Source of the DNA: an uncultured delta proteobacterium
Lineage (GTDB): Bacteria > Desulfobacterota > Binatia > UBA9968
Direction of reading: 5' to 3'
DNA length: 64,000 bases
Assembly (NCBI GenBank): GCA_963745835.1
Contig: CAVUZH010000003.1
Location: 1,344,001 to 1,408,000, forward strand
Below the pieces are notes generated by a model. The model was not told where the DNA came from. It searched no databases and saw only the letters and a program-made list of their open reading frames with translations. A program made the translations under genes and the position numbers. Below are positions 28,637 to 37,491 of the stretch, one piece after another (the stretch's first letter is position 1; each line of letters begins with the position of its first letter).

Positions 28637-30766
28637 ATGTCTCAACAATTTGCCGAAAAAATTGGCGAGCTGCTCACTCAGGAAGGCCTACTCACTGCGG
28701 AACAACTTGCCAAAAGTATTGCCGTTCAGAAACAGCAAGATTCCGCAGAGCCGATCGGCAAAGTGTGCGTTTCGCTCGGGTTTGTCGCGCCCACCGATTT
28801 AGAAAAATTATTGGTGAAACATCGCCGGCGAATTCCGCTCGGCGAACTTTTGGTTCATCTCGGACTGCTCACGCCGAGCCAAGTACAAAACGCTCTCGAT
28901 CAGCAGAAAAAATTGAACCCGCATAAAAAGCTCGGCGCGGTACTCATTGAGAAGGGATACATCGATGAGGCTGCGCTGATTCGCGCCCTTTACGAACAGT
29001 CTCAGGCCGGCAACTGTCAGAAATCTAAGCAAGGTAAGTTTGATGCGCTGGTGGCGACGCGGCGTTTGAGCCAGCGGGATCTAGACTTGGCGCTCCGGGA
29101 AGCGCAGATTCAGCAGCGTCCCGTCGAAATTCTTTTGATGGAACGCTACAAGCTCAAGAAACAAGAACTGGGTGCTGCTCTCAGCGTATTCTATGGCTGT
29201 CCATTCAAAGAGTACGATGAAAAACAGCCGCCGGCCTGGGATTCCATACGCGGCCTCAATTTGAATTATCTGAAGGCCGCTTCTTGGATTCCTTTGCAGG
29301 TCAGCGAACGCTCCGTGGAGGTGCTTATCGATGACCCCACAGCTTATGAAAAAATCCAGGATATCAAGCGTCTGTTTTTAGGAAAACAGATCACGTTTGC
29401 CGTCGGCTTGCGCGATGACATCCTGAGATATTTCAGCACCGCCAAGGCCAATCTCGAGAAAAGCCACTCTCATGAATCGATCACGACCATACTAGGGCAG
29501 CTCGATGTCGCCGCACAGGACGAGGCAGACGACGATAGTTTGAACGACCCCGCCATCAATGAAAATCACAGCGTCATCGTCAGGCTGGTGAACCAAATCA
29601 TTACCGACGCCTGCAAAAAGAGGGTTTCGGATATTCATATCGAGCCTTACGGAAGCCAAAACGACACCGAGGTCCGCTTCCGTGTTGATGGACATTGCTC
29701 CAATTATCTGCGGGTTCCGGCGGTGTATCGCAGACCCCTCGTATCCCGACTAAAGATTATGGCCGGCCTCGATATCGCGGAACGCCGCAAACCGCAAGAT
29801 GGCAAGATCAAGTTCCGCCTGCCCGATCGCGAAATCGAACTACGCGTGGCGACTATTCCAACGGCAGGCATCGGCAATGAAGATATAGTTCTTCGGGTGC
29901 TCGCGGCCGGAGAGCCGATCCCGATAAACGAATTACGCATGACGTCGCGCAATTTACACAAATTTCGCGAGCTGTTGGCAAAACCTTACGGATTGATTTT
30001 GTGTGTCGGCCCAACCGGATCAGGAAAAACAACCACTCTTCATTCCGCCCTTAACGTGATCAATACGGCGGAGCGCAAAATCTGGACGGCAGAAGATCCG
30101 GTCGAAATAACCCAGCGCGGGCTGCGCCAGGTGCAGGTCAACGCCAAAATAGGATTTAATTTCGCTGCCGCGATGCGCTCGTTTCTCCGCGCCGATCCGG
30201 ATGTCATCATGGTGGGAGAGATTCGTGATCGGGAGACTGCCGAAATCGGTATTGAAGCTTCGCTTACCGGACATCTGGTATTGAGCACCCTTCATACCAA
30301 CAGCGCCGTCGAAACCATCACCCGACTCTTAGAAATGGGTATGGATCCGTTTAATTTTGCCGATGCATTGTTAGGAGTCTTGGCGCAACGGTTGGCGCGG
30401 ACGATCTGCGGCGGCTGTAAAGAACCCTATCACCCCGCAAAAGAAGAACTTGATGGATTAGCGTATGGGTATGGCGAAGCGGCTTTTGCTCAATTGGAAA
30501 TTCCCCAAAAAGAGAATCTCGTCCTATACCGCGGCAAAGGCTGTGCTGATTGTAATCAGAGCGGCTACAAAGGCCGGATCGGTTTGCACGAGCTCCTGGT
30601 TGTCAGTGACGAGATCAAGCGGCTGATTCACGCGCGTGCAACCGTAGCTGAGCTTTGGCAAGTCGCGGTTGCGCAAGGAATGACGACCTTGGTCCAGGAT
30701 GGCGTGCAAAAAGTTTTGGCGGGTTGGACCGACTATGGGCAAGTAAAAGCCGCCGCGACACGATAG
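28637..30766 (+). CDS. pilB: Type IV pilus/T2SS assembly ATPase (PilB/GspE family) with N-terminal MshEN-like c-di-GMP-binding motifs
   Basis: Walker A GPTGSGKT, AEDPVE, RADPDVIMVGEIRD, TGHLVLSTLH, CGGC...CADC Zn motif; N-terminal KIGELL..EGLL....L......Q and PLGELLVHLGLL....V...LDQQ. Confidence 0.9.
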   Translation: MSQQFAEKIGELLTQEGLLTAEQLAKSIAVQKQQDSAEPIGKVCVSLGFVAPTDLEKLLVKHRRRIPLGELLVHLGLLTPSQVQNALDQQKKLNPHKKLGAVLIEKGYIDEAALIRALYEQSQAGNCQKSKQGKFDALVATRRLSQRDLDLALREAQIQQRPVEILLMERYKLKKQELGAALSVFYGCPFKEYDEKQPPAWDSIRGLNLNYLKAASWIPLQVSERSVEVLIDDPTAYEKIQDIKRLFLGKQITFAVGLRDDILRYFSTAKANLEKSHSHESITTILGQLDVAAQDEADDDSLNDPAINENHSVIVRLVNQIITDACKKRVSDIHIEPYGSQNDTEVRFRVDGHCSNYLRVPAVYRRPLVSRLKIMAGLDIAERRKPQDGKIKFRLPDREIELRVATIPTAGIGNEDIVLRVLAAGEPIPINELRMTSRNLHKFRELLAKPYGLILCVGPTGSGKTTTLHSALNVINTAERKIWTAEDPVEITQRGLRQVQVNAKIGFNFAAAMRSFLRADPDVIMVGEIRDRETAEIGIEASLTGHLVLSTLHTNSAVETITRLLEMGMDPFNFADALLGVLAQRLARTICGGCKEPYHPAKEELDGLAYGYGEAAFAQLEIPQKENLVLYRGKGCADCNQSGYKGRIGLHELLVVSDEIKRLIHARATVAELWQVAVAQGMTTLVQDGVQKVLAGWTDYGQVKAAATR

Positions 30767-31122
30767 TGCACCACCACGCTGTTCAGATGTGCTCCTGCGA
30801 CTGATTTATCACTTACGTTAGGAATACTTCATGCGCCGTCCACGCCTGCCACGGCCAAGGGCTTATTATCATTGTATGGTCCCTGCAATGCGTTTCAGAT
30901 AAACGTGACACTTACTTAACCATCACTGACTCCTCTCGAGAGCCGAATCGGCTATCTCGTTCCAGAGATAATATGGCCGCGGTCGCCGTCCTCCTCGCCA
31001 AAATTATCCGCGACTCACTGTTAAGCTGAGTTGGTTTTCATTTACTCTTTCTACCGTAGGTCGCAATCCGATACTGTCCAGCTGATCTCGAACGCCACGG
31101 TTTGTCCTCTTTCCAATAACAA

Positions 31123-31157
31123 CGACAGCCGCTCCCCTTTGCGGGAGGCGGCTGTCG
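31123..31157 (-). terminator. Intrinsic terminator after orphan PxKF C-terminus B
   Basis: cgacagccgctccc/gggaggcggctgtcg hairpin followed on the minus strand by ttgttatt. Confidence 0.65.
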
Positions 31158-31180
31158 GCGTCGTTAGGCCGGGAGCCTGG

Positions 31181-31426
31181 TTACTTCTTGATGGAGATCC
31201 AGACGGTATGCCTGCTGCCATCCTGCAGAGTGGCGATCAGTAGCCATGTGCCGTCCTTGAATCCAGACTTGGTGCTGAGGTTGAAGTGCCAATCCGTACC
31301 GGTCAACCGGAATTCGTTGCCGGTCGTGGCCGCGTCAGTCGGCGTGGCGTCGATCGGCTTGTCTGAGTCAGTGGCACTGCTGTATTTGATTGCCTGCAGC
31401 GTGTGGATACCGGTGATTAATGCTGC
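31181..31426 (-). pseudogene. Orphan start-less PxKF-domain C-terminus (B), paralogous to the adhesin C-terminus
   Basis: Manual translation AALITGIHTLQAIKYSSATDSDKPIDATPTDAATTGNEFRLTGTDWHFNLSTKSGFKDGTWLLIATLQDGSRHTVWISIKK* aligns nearly colinearly with the last ~80 aa of 32023-35673; no in-frame ATG/GTG/TTG back to the stop at 31496. Confidence 0.88.
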
Positions 31427-31747
31427 ACGGCCTGGCCGGGTTAAGCTGCTGCGAACGGTAGAGCGAAAGACTTTCAGGATCTGACTACGGCTATGTCACT
31501 CGAAGCTTCAAAGAGAAAGATTGGTTGGACTAGCTCGAGGAGACGCAGCGAAAATTAGCAACCGGTCAAAAGACAAGACCTGATTATCACTGACCCAGAG
31601 CGATGTTCAGCGCTATCTGGAAACCGACCGAGGTATAGGGCATGGGACCGGCGACTTCAACGCCCGCCGAAAAGCGCTGACAAGGCGCCCGCAGCAGCAG
31701 AAGTAATGCAATCAAGTTCGTCAGCTGAAATTATGAGTGGATTCGGC

Positions 31748-31788
31748 AAAAGGACGAAGGGCGAAGAAGAGCTTCCTCTCCACCTTCG
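31748..31788 (-). terminator. Degenerate terminator after orphan PxKF C-terminus A
   Basis: cgaagg...ccttcg imperfect hairpin with a tcctttt tail on the minus strand. Confidence 0.45.
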
Positions 31789-31809
31789 GCTAAAACGCCA
31801 CGTCAGCGA

Positions 31810-31887
31810 CTATTTCTTGAACTGGAAATTGGCGTAGTAAGTCTTGCCGTCAATCAACTGGACGGCCAACTGTCTACACGTGTTTGC
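31810..31887 (-). pseudogene. Orphan PxKF-type C-terminal remnant (A)
   Basis: ANTCRQLAVQLIDGKTYYANFQFKK* matches, from memory, the typical end of PxKF domains (TCRQL.V.L.DG..H.ANF.FK). Confidence 0.7.
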
Positions 31888-31986
31888 GGCTGCAATAGTC
31901 TCACTGTTCTCGTTCAAACGCGGTCCTCACGAAACTGCAAACTAGAAACCTTAACCGCGCCACCTGGAAAAGAGGTTCAGGTTTTG

Positions 31987-32013
31987 CCGGGGAGCCCTGA
32001 GTGGGCTCCCCGG
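31987..32013 (-). terminator. Perfect 11-bp hairpin right after the adhesin stop codon
   Basis: ccggggagccc-tgagt-gggctccccgg; no U-tract on the minus strand. Confidence 0.6.
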
Positions 32014-32022
32014 GTCTGAATC

Positions 32023-35000
32023 CTACTTCTTAAGTGCGATCCAGGCATAGTGCGTGGAGCCGTCTTCCAGCGTGGCTACAATTTTCCAGATGCCCTGGCT
32101 GAAACCGGACTTCGTGCTCATGTTGAAGTGCCATTGACCGTCGGTAAGCCGGAATTGATTGCCGGTTGTAGCCGAATCGGTCGCCGACACTACCATGGGA
32201 TCCCCCAACGAGTATGTGTCGCTGCTGTATTTAAACGCCTGAATAGTATGGACGCCGGTTAGCCATGGGGTTCCGCCGCCACCATAAGCTATAAACTTCA
32301 CGGGAAGCGTACTGCCCAGTTTGACAGTCCGGATCGGGTGGGCAAAGTCTCCGCCGGTCGCATCATCGGCCCCGCCAATTGGAGACAAGAATCCGTCAAA
32401 GCCCAAAGGATTGATGGTGTACGAGCCATTCACATTCGTCACCTCGAAATTGGCGAGACCCGTGCCGCTGACTACCGGCTCAATCGTGGTGGTTCCAAAG
32501 CCCGGACCCACCGATGCCGGATTGTTGGCGCATGTCAGGTCACCCTTGTAAACGCCTGTCACCAAGCAGGCACTCGGAGACTTCGTCGTGCCGTCATAGG
32601 TCGTCGTGCCGCCGCCCGCTGTCGCCGTTACTGGCGCCTTGTTGATGGTGTACGAGCCATTCACATTCGTCACCTCGAAATTGGCGAGACCCGTGCCGCT
32701 GACTACCGGCTCAATCGTGGTGGTTCCAAAGCCCGGACCCACCGATGCCGGATTGTTGGCGCATGTCAGGTCACCCTTGTAAACGCCTGTCACCAAGCAG
32801 GCACTCGGAGACTTCGTCGTGCCGTCATAGGTCGTCGTGCCGCCGCCCGCTGTCGCCGTTACTGGCGCCTTGTTGATGGTGTACGAGCCATTCACATTCG
32901 TCACCTCGAAATTGGCGAGACCCGTGCCGCTGACTACCGGCTCAATCGTGGTGGTTCCAAAGCCCGGACCCACCGATGCCGGATTGTTGGCGCATGTCAG
33001 GTCACCCTTGTAAACGCCTGTCACCAAGCAGGCACTCGGAGACTTCGTCGTGCCGTCATAGGTCGTCGTGCCGCCGCCCGCTGTCGCCGTTACTGGCGCC
33101 TTGTTGATGGTGTACGAGCCATTCACATTCGTCACCTCGAAATTGGCGAGACCCGTGCCGCTGACTACCGGCTCAATCGTGGTGGTTCCAAAGCCCGGAC
33201 CCACCGATGCCGGATTGTTGGCGCATGTCAGGTCACCCTTGTAAACGCCTGTCACCAAGCAGGCACTCGGAGACTTCGTCGTGCCGTCATAGGTCGTCGT
33301 GCCGCCGCCCGCTGTCGCCGTTACTGGCGCCTTGTTGATGGTGTACGAGCCATTCACATTCGTCACCTCGAAATTGGCGAGACCCGTGCCGCTGACTACC
33401 GGCTCAATCGTGGTGGTTCCAAAGCCCGGACCCACCGATGCCGGATTGTTGGCGCATGTCAGGTCACCCTTGTAAACGCCTGTCACCAAGCAGGCACTCG
33501 GAGACTTCGTCGTGCCGTCATAGGTCGTCGTGCCGCCGCCCGCTGTCGCCGTTACTGGCGCCTTGTTGATGGTGTACGAGCCATTCACATTCGTCACCTC
33601 GAAATTGGCGAGACCCGTGCCGCTGACTACCGGCTCAATCGTGGTGGTTCCAAAGCCCGGACCCACCGATGCCGGATTGTTGGCGCATGTCAGGTCACCC
33701 TTGTAAACGCCTGTCACCAAGCAGGCACTCGGAGACTTCGTCGTGCCGTCATAGGTCGTCGTGCCGCCGCCCGCTGTCGCCGTTACTGGCGCCTTGGCAA
33801 TAGTCACACTCTGGTCCGCTGAGGCGGCCAGGAAGTTCGTTGTTTCCGCGCCACTGGCCCTCACCACGCATGTACCGGCCCCGCTCGAGCTGAAGATTCC
33901 CGTGTTGGCATTTACCACTGCGCATGGGCCACTCACGTGGCTGTAGGTAAGTGTGGAGCTATCTGTGTTCGTCGTCGATGCGCTCACCGTGAAGTTTCCG
34001 CCGCCAAACGTCGGCGTCGGCGCTGTCCCAAACGTGATCACCGGCGGCGCCTTGGCGGCGGCGTTATAGGTGAAGCAGGGCGAAGCGGTGCATGTGACCG
34101 GGCTCCCGGCACCCTCCCGGACAGTAACAGTCACCGGTCCCGCTACATGGGCAGGAGTTACTGCGGTTAGGTTCCCGCCCACCTTTGCGACTGAAGTAGC
34201 GGAGACGCCGCCAAACAAGACGGTCCATGGGCCATTGCCGATTCCGCTGACAGAGATGGTCACTGACGTGCCGCCGGTTGTCGGACCTGAGTTTGGTGAA
34301 ACGCTAGTAACCGACAACGCATCCTTAAACGCCGTCTGCGCGGTGAATCCGGAAGTCTGGCCTATTGCGGTCAGGGTAAAAATTCTGTCGAGGTCGATTT
34401 GCTGAGGGGCAAACTCAGCGACCACGAAGTTACCCTGCTGATTTGCGACCGCGGAGAGAAAAATATCCGGATACTCTTCAGGGAACTCATGAAAATAGAT
34501 ATATACCTGCTCATTCGCTTGAAAGCCGCTGCCAGTGATTGTGACGATCTGTCCGGGCGCGTAGTCGGTTTTGTCCGTGGTAACGCTCGCTTTAGAGCTA
34601 CTCACCAGCTTGGCGGAATTCAACACCTGGCCCCCGCTATTCACGCCGCCCGCCACTAATGCTTGATTGCGCTCCGGCAATTCTGTAATCGACTGGTCGG
34701 CGCGGTCGAGCAGCGACAATTGTTCAGCTGTCAGAATTCCTTGAAGTAGCGGATCCTGAGAAATTGACGGCGAGAAAAGAGCCGCGCGGCTCTGGGTGCT
34801 CAGCGTCGCGCCGAGCAGATCTGCGTTCGGCGGCAAGAGCGCTTTCGCAATAAAAACCCCATCCCTCGGATCGAAGACTTCCATCGATAACTCAGCGTCG
34901 CCCCCGATAATCTGTACCTTGCCATCCGGCAACAGTTTCAATGTTGCGAAGGCGCGAGCCGTCTGCATATTTGTGGGCGGTAGATAAAAAGTCTGCGAAG

Positions 35001-35673
35001 CGGGATCGAAAACCTCCGCTGTGTTGAGCATCGCCTCTTGCGCATTGACACCACCCACGATCATGACCTGACCGTTTTGTAGCAGGATTGCACTATGGAA
35101 TTTGCGAGGAGTTTTTAAAATCCCCGTTATGAGTGAAAAGCTTTGCGTGACAGGATCGTAGATTTCCGCACTTCCAAAGAGGTCCCCGCCAACGACAAGT
35201 ATTCTATCATTCGCTAAGATCGTGGCGGTATGGCCGCTACGCGCGCGCATCATGGCGGGACCGGCTATGAAAGAAGTAGTAACAGGGTTGTAGAATTCTG
35301 TGGATTGTAATGAGCCGGTCTGATCGCGACCGCCGATCACGAGTACTCTGCCGTCAGAAAGTCTGGTGGCAGAGTGATCGGTTCGTGGTGTTATCAACGC
35401 AGCCACGAGAGCAGAGACCTGCGAGACAGGATCAAAACTCTCCGCCTGGCTCACGATTCCGTTTTGATTATCGCCGCCGACGATCAAAACTTTTCCGTTC
35501 TCCAGCAGAGTAGCAGTATGGCTGCGCCGTTCGACATTCAAGTGACCGGTGCCAAGGATCTGCGCGACAGCCCACGTTGAGTACAACAGAGTCGCCAAAA
35601 GCACACCGAACAAAGTTAACCGCTTCAAAGTTCTGCGGTAATACGTATTGGACAACACTGCATCACTGTTCAT
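32023..35673 (-). CDS. Large secreted adhesin-like protein: Kelch beta-propeller, Ig-like, IPT/TIG, 6x MBG-like repeat, PxKF C-terminal domain
   Basis: Signal peptide; repeated R..HTATLL.NGKVLIVGG Kelch motifs; VTTDKTDYAPG; VTSVSPNSGPTTGGTSVTI (IPT); 77-aa repeats; FDGFLSPI...GSTLPVKF; GGAGG RBS before ATG 35673. Confidence 0.9.
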   Translation of the reverse strand: MNSDAVLSNTYYRRTLKRLTLFGVLLATLLYSTWAVAQILGTGHLNVERRSHTATLLENGKVLIVGGDNQNGIVSQAESFDPVSQVSALVAALITPRTDHSATRLSDGRVLVIGGRDQTGSLQSTEFYNPVTTSFIAGPAMMRARSGHTATILANDRILVVGGDLFGSAEIYDPVTQSFSLITGILKTPRKFHSAILLQNGQVMIVGGVNAQEAMLNTAEVFDPASQTFYLPPTNMQTARAFATLKLLPDGKVQIIGGDAELSMEVFDPRDGVFIAKALLPPNADLLGATLSTQSRAALFSPSISQDPLLQGILTAEQLSLLDRADQSITELPERNQALVAGGVNSGGQVLNSAKLVSSSKASVTTDKTDYAPGQIVTITGSGFQANEQVYIYFHEFPEEYPDIFLSAVANQQGNFVVAEFAPQQIDLDRIFTLTAIGQTSGFTAQTAFKDALSVTSVSPNSGPTTGGTSVTISVSGIGNGPWTVLFGGVSATSVAKVGGNLTAVTPAHVAGPVTVTVREGAGSPVTCTASPCFTYNAAAKAPPVITFGTAPTPTFGGGNFTVSASTTNTDSSTLTYSHVSGPCAVVNANTGIFSSSGAGTCVVRASGAETTNFLAASADQSVTIAKAPVTATAGGGTTTYDGTTKSPSACLVTGVYKGDLTCANNPASVGPGFGTTTIEPVVSGTGLANFEVTNVNGSYTINKAPVTATAGGGTTTYDGTTKSPSACLVTGVYKGDLTCANNPASVGPGFGTTTIEPVVSGTGLANFEVTNVNGSYTINKAPVTATAGGGTTTYDGTTKSPSACLVTGVYKGDLTCANNPASVGPGFGTTTIEPVVSGTGLANFEVTNVNGSYTINKAPVTATAGGGTTTYDGTTKSPSACLVTGVYKGDLTCANNPASVGPGFGTTTIEPVVSGTGLANFEVTNVNGSYTINKAPVTATAGGGTTTYDGTTKSPSACLVTGVYKGDLTCANNPASVGPGFGTTTIEPVVSGTGLANFEVTNVNGSYTINKAPVTATAGGGTTTYDGTTKSPSACLVTGVYKGDLTCANNPASVGPGFGTTTIEPVVSGTGLANFEVTNVNGSYTINPLGFDGFLSPIGGADDATGGDFAHPIRTVKLGSTLPVKFIAYGGGGTPWLTGVHTIQAFKYSSDTYSLGDPMVVSATDSATTGNQFRLTDGQWHFNMSTKSGFSQGIWKIVATLEDGSTHYAWIALKK
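32411..33796 (-). repeat. Six apparently identical 231-bp in-frame tandem repeats
   Basis: ttgatggtgtacgagcc recurs at 32411, 32642, 32873, 33104, 33335, 33566; no differences seen by eye. Confidence 0.96.
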
Positions 35674-35727
35674 CCGATCCTCCAAATAGTCCTTTGCCTA
35701 CAACGCCGCTCCGTACCCGTTTTTGGC

Positions 35728-35763
35728 AAAAAAAAACCGGCACAGAATTTCTGTTGCCGGTTT
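35728..35763 (-). terminator. Leader terminator/attenuator overlapping the 3' end of the riboswitch aptamer
   Basis: AAACCGGCAACAG-AAATT-CTGTGCCGG-T9, 55 nt upstream of the adhesin ATG. Confidence 0.88.
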
Positions 35764-35823
35764 CACCATTCGCTCCCTGACGCCCGTGGTGACCACGTTG
35801 GGCAATCAGTTCATCGCGTCAAC
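35753..35823 (-). ncRNA. c-di-GMP-II-type riboswitch aptamer
   Basis: GUUG-ACGC-GA-UGAA-CUGAUUGCCC-AACGU-GGUCACC-AC-GGGCGUCAG-GGAGCGAAUGGUGAAACCGG-CAAC: P1 GUUG/CAAC, K-turn UGAA/GGA, P3 CUGA..GCCC/GGGC.UCAG, pseudoknot UCACCA/UGGUGA. Confidence 0.82.
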
Positions 35824-35847
35824 TTTCTTATGATTCTGCGGCGGTAG

Positions 35848-35863
35848 AGCATGCGGTGTGCCA
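35848..35863 (-). promoter_or_regulatory. Sigma54-type promoter of the riboswitch-adhesin transcript
   Basis: TGGCAC-ACCGC-ATGCT; predicted +1 near 35837, just upstream of the aptamer. Confidence 0.7.
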
Positions 35864-36438
35864 CGAAACCGCGGGCTGAGGAATTCCAACCAGCGTTCAA
35901 TCGATGTCATCCCGGGTCATCTTCTGGCTAGAATGATTTCTTCGGAAAAGGCGAGGTCGTGACGCGATCAAATGGCAAACATGTCGCAGATGACATAACG
36001 GGTGACGCATCGGGCGGAAGACAGCTCGCCGACGCGGCTCGGTGTACGGAGGATCTGCTTTGGTTTTCGATTTAAAGCCTAATCACGGCGGTCCGCATGC
36101 GCGTGAGACGGTGAGCCGAACAAGCGGACTCGGCTTAGTAGCAACTGCGCTTAAGCTGAACAACGCTCCGTTTGACGGGTGATAACCGATCAGGGTGTTG
36201 AGGGACGATCGACGCAGTGATTCATATCATGACCTAAGGGCGGGTATTCTGCGCGATCACGCCAGCCTAGAACATGTGACGACGGAGATTTAGCAATCTA
36301 AGCATCATTCTCAAAGCAGTTTCCACGCAATAACTCTTTGAATGGTTAAAACCCGCTGGAGAATTGGCACAGATCCTCGGCTAGTAATTCAAAAGAAAGC
36401 TCGTATCTTTAGACTTTCTTTCTGGGGAGACGTATAGC

Positions 36439-37491
36439 TCACTTAGTCGCCAGTACTTTCTTGACTCTTTCCAAAACCTCGGGCGGCGACTCGAAGATTT
36501 CTTTTACCAGTGCTTCTAGTTCTTCTCCTGACGTTGGTTCCACATCCATGCGGCTCTTCTTGGCCTCGGCGAGCGCCTCGGGGTCCTTCAATGTCTTTTG
36601 GAATGCCTCTCTCAGGATTTTTATTCTTTCAGGAGGAGTGCCCGGCGTCACCATCATCGGCCGACCAAAATCCCCCGAGGCCAAAATAATCTGCGCAACA
36701 CGCCGGCTATCGCCCGGGACCTTGTGTTGCTCGAACAACTCATTAAGAGTCGGCGCATCGGATGCACGGGAATCTTTCTTGCGCGCAGTCTGAACAATAT
36801 GACGATCAAAGCCGTTCTTGTGCCATGTGTCGAACGGTTCGCGGCCAAAGTGAGCAGCCATACTATGCGCACGGCAAACAACCTCATTTTTTTCCACAGC
36901 AAGGTCAATCTCGGTGCCGCCGGCATAACCGAGTACTGTGTTAAATTTCGCACCAAGCGAATCCTCTAATACTTTCGACAATAGATAATCGCTGCTGGCC
37001 GTGCCGCTGCCGCCGCACTTGGGAGGCTCCTTTGCTTTCATAATATCTGCAATATCCTTATACGGCGCATCGGCACGCATGTAGAAAATAATCGACTCAA
37101 CTGCCGGGGATCCAATCCAATGGAACTTACGGAGATCGAACTGCATCTCCTTACGTCCGACAAGTTGGTCGACGTAGATGCCATTGAGAGGCATTACCAT
37201 GGTTAGACCATCCGGCTTGGCCACATTGAAGACATGATTGACCGCTATCACGGATCCCGCGCCGGTCATGTTTTGCGCAACGATTTCCGGTTGCCCCGGG
37301 ATATATTTCGGCATGTATTTAGCGAACAAGCGAGCCCAACGGTCATAGAATCCTCCCGCTGTTGAACCCACCATGATGCGAACTGTTTTCCCTCTATAAA
37401 ATCCGTCGCCTTGCGCCCTGACTTCAGCTGTAACGCTCGCAAGCATGATTGAACCGAACAAAACTAAAAAACCAAGGTTTCCCTTCTTCAT
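36439..37491 (-). CDS. TTT (Bug/TctC-like) solute-binding protein
   Basis: FYRGKTVRIMVGSTAGGFYDRWAR, PPKCG, GYAGGTEIDLAVE, FGRP. Confidence 0.92.
   Translation of the reverse strand: MKKGNLGFLVLFGSIMLASVTAEVRAQGDGFYRGKTVRIMVGSTAGGFYDRWARLFAKYMPKYIPGQPEIVAQNMTGAGSVIAVNHVFNVAKPDGLTMVMPLNGIYVDQLVGRKEMQFDLRKFHWIGSPAVESIIFYMRADAPYKDIADIMKAKEPPKCGGSGTASSDYLLSKVLEDSLGAKFNTVLGYAGGTEIDLAVEKNEVVCRAHSMAAHFGREPFDTWHKNGFDRHIVQTARKKDSRASDAPTLNELFEQHKVPGDSRRVAQIILASGDFGRPMMVTPGTPPERIKILREAFQKTLKDPEALAEAKKSRMDVEPTSGEELEALVKEIFESPPEVLERVKKVLATK

Noticed and set aside
31181-32300. Diversity-generating retroelement template/variable repeat pair
   Set aside because: Differences between tip B and the adhesin end are not confined to adenines and include indels; no reverse transcriptase in the window.
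32411-33796. Possible CRISPR array
   Set aside because: Units are 231 bp, contiguous, in frame and have no spacers; no cas genes.
32338-33822. 494-aa plus-strand repetitive ORF
   Set aside because: Antisense shadow of the adhesin's 231-bp repeats; Arg-rich and not protein-like.
35753-35823. ZTP (pfl) riboswitch, from GTGG..CCACGGG
   Set aside because: Lacks the ACUGRCG and CGCCUGGG elements; the c-di-GMP-II pattern fits throughout.
35973-36010. GGCAAAC...GACGCA resembling a c-di-GMP-I (GEMM) riboswitch on the plus strand
   Set aside because: No GAAA tetraloop, no GCAAAG or P2 motif and no downstream gene in that orientation; better explained as a palindromic activator site.
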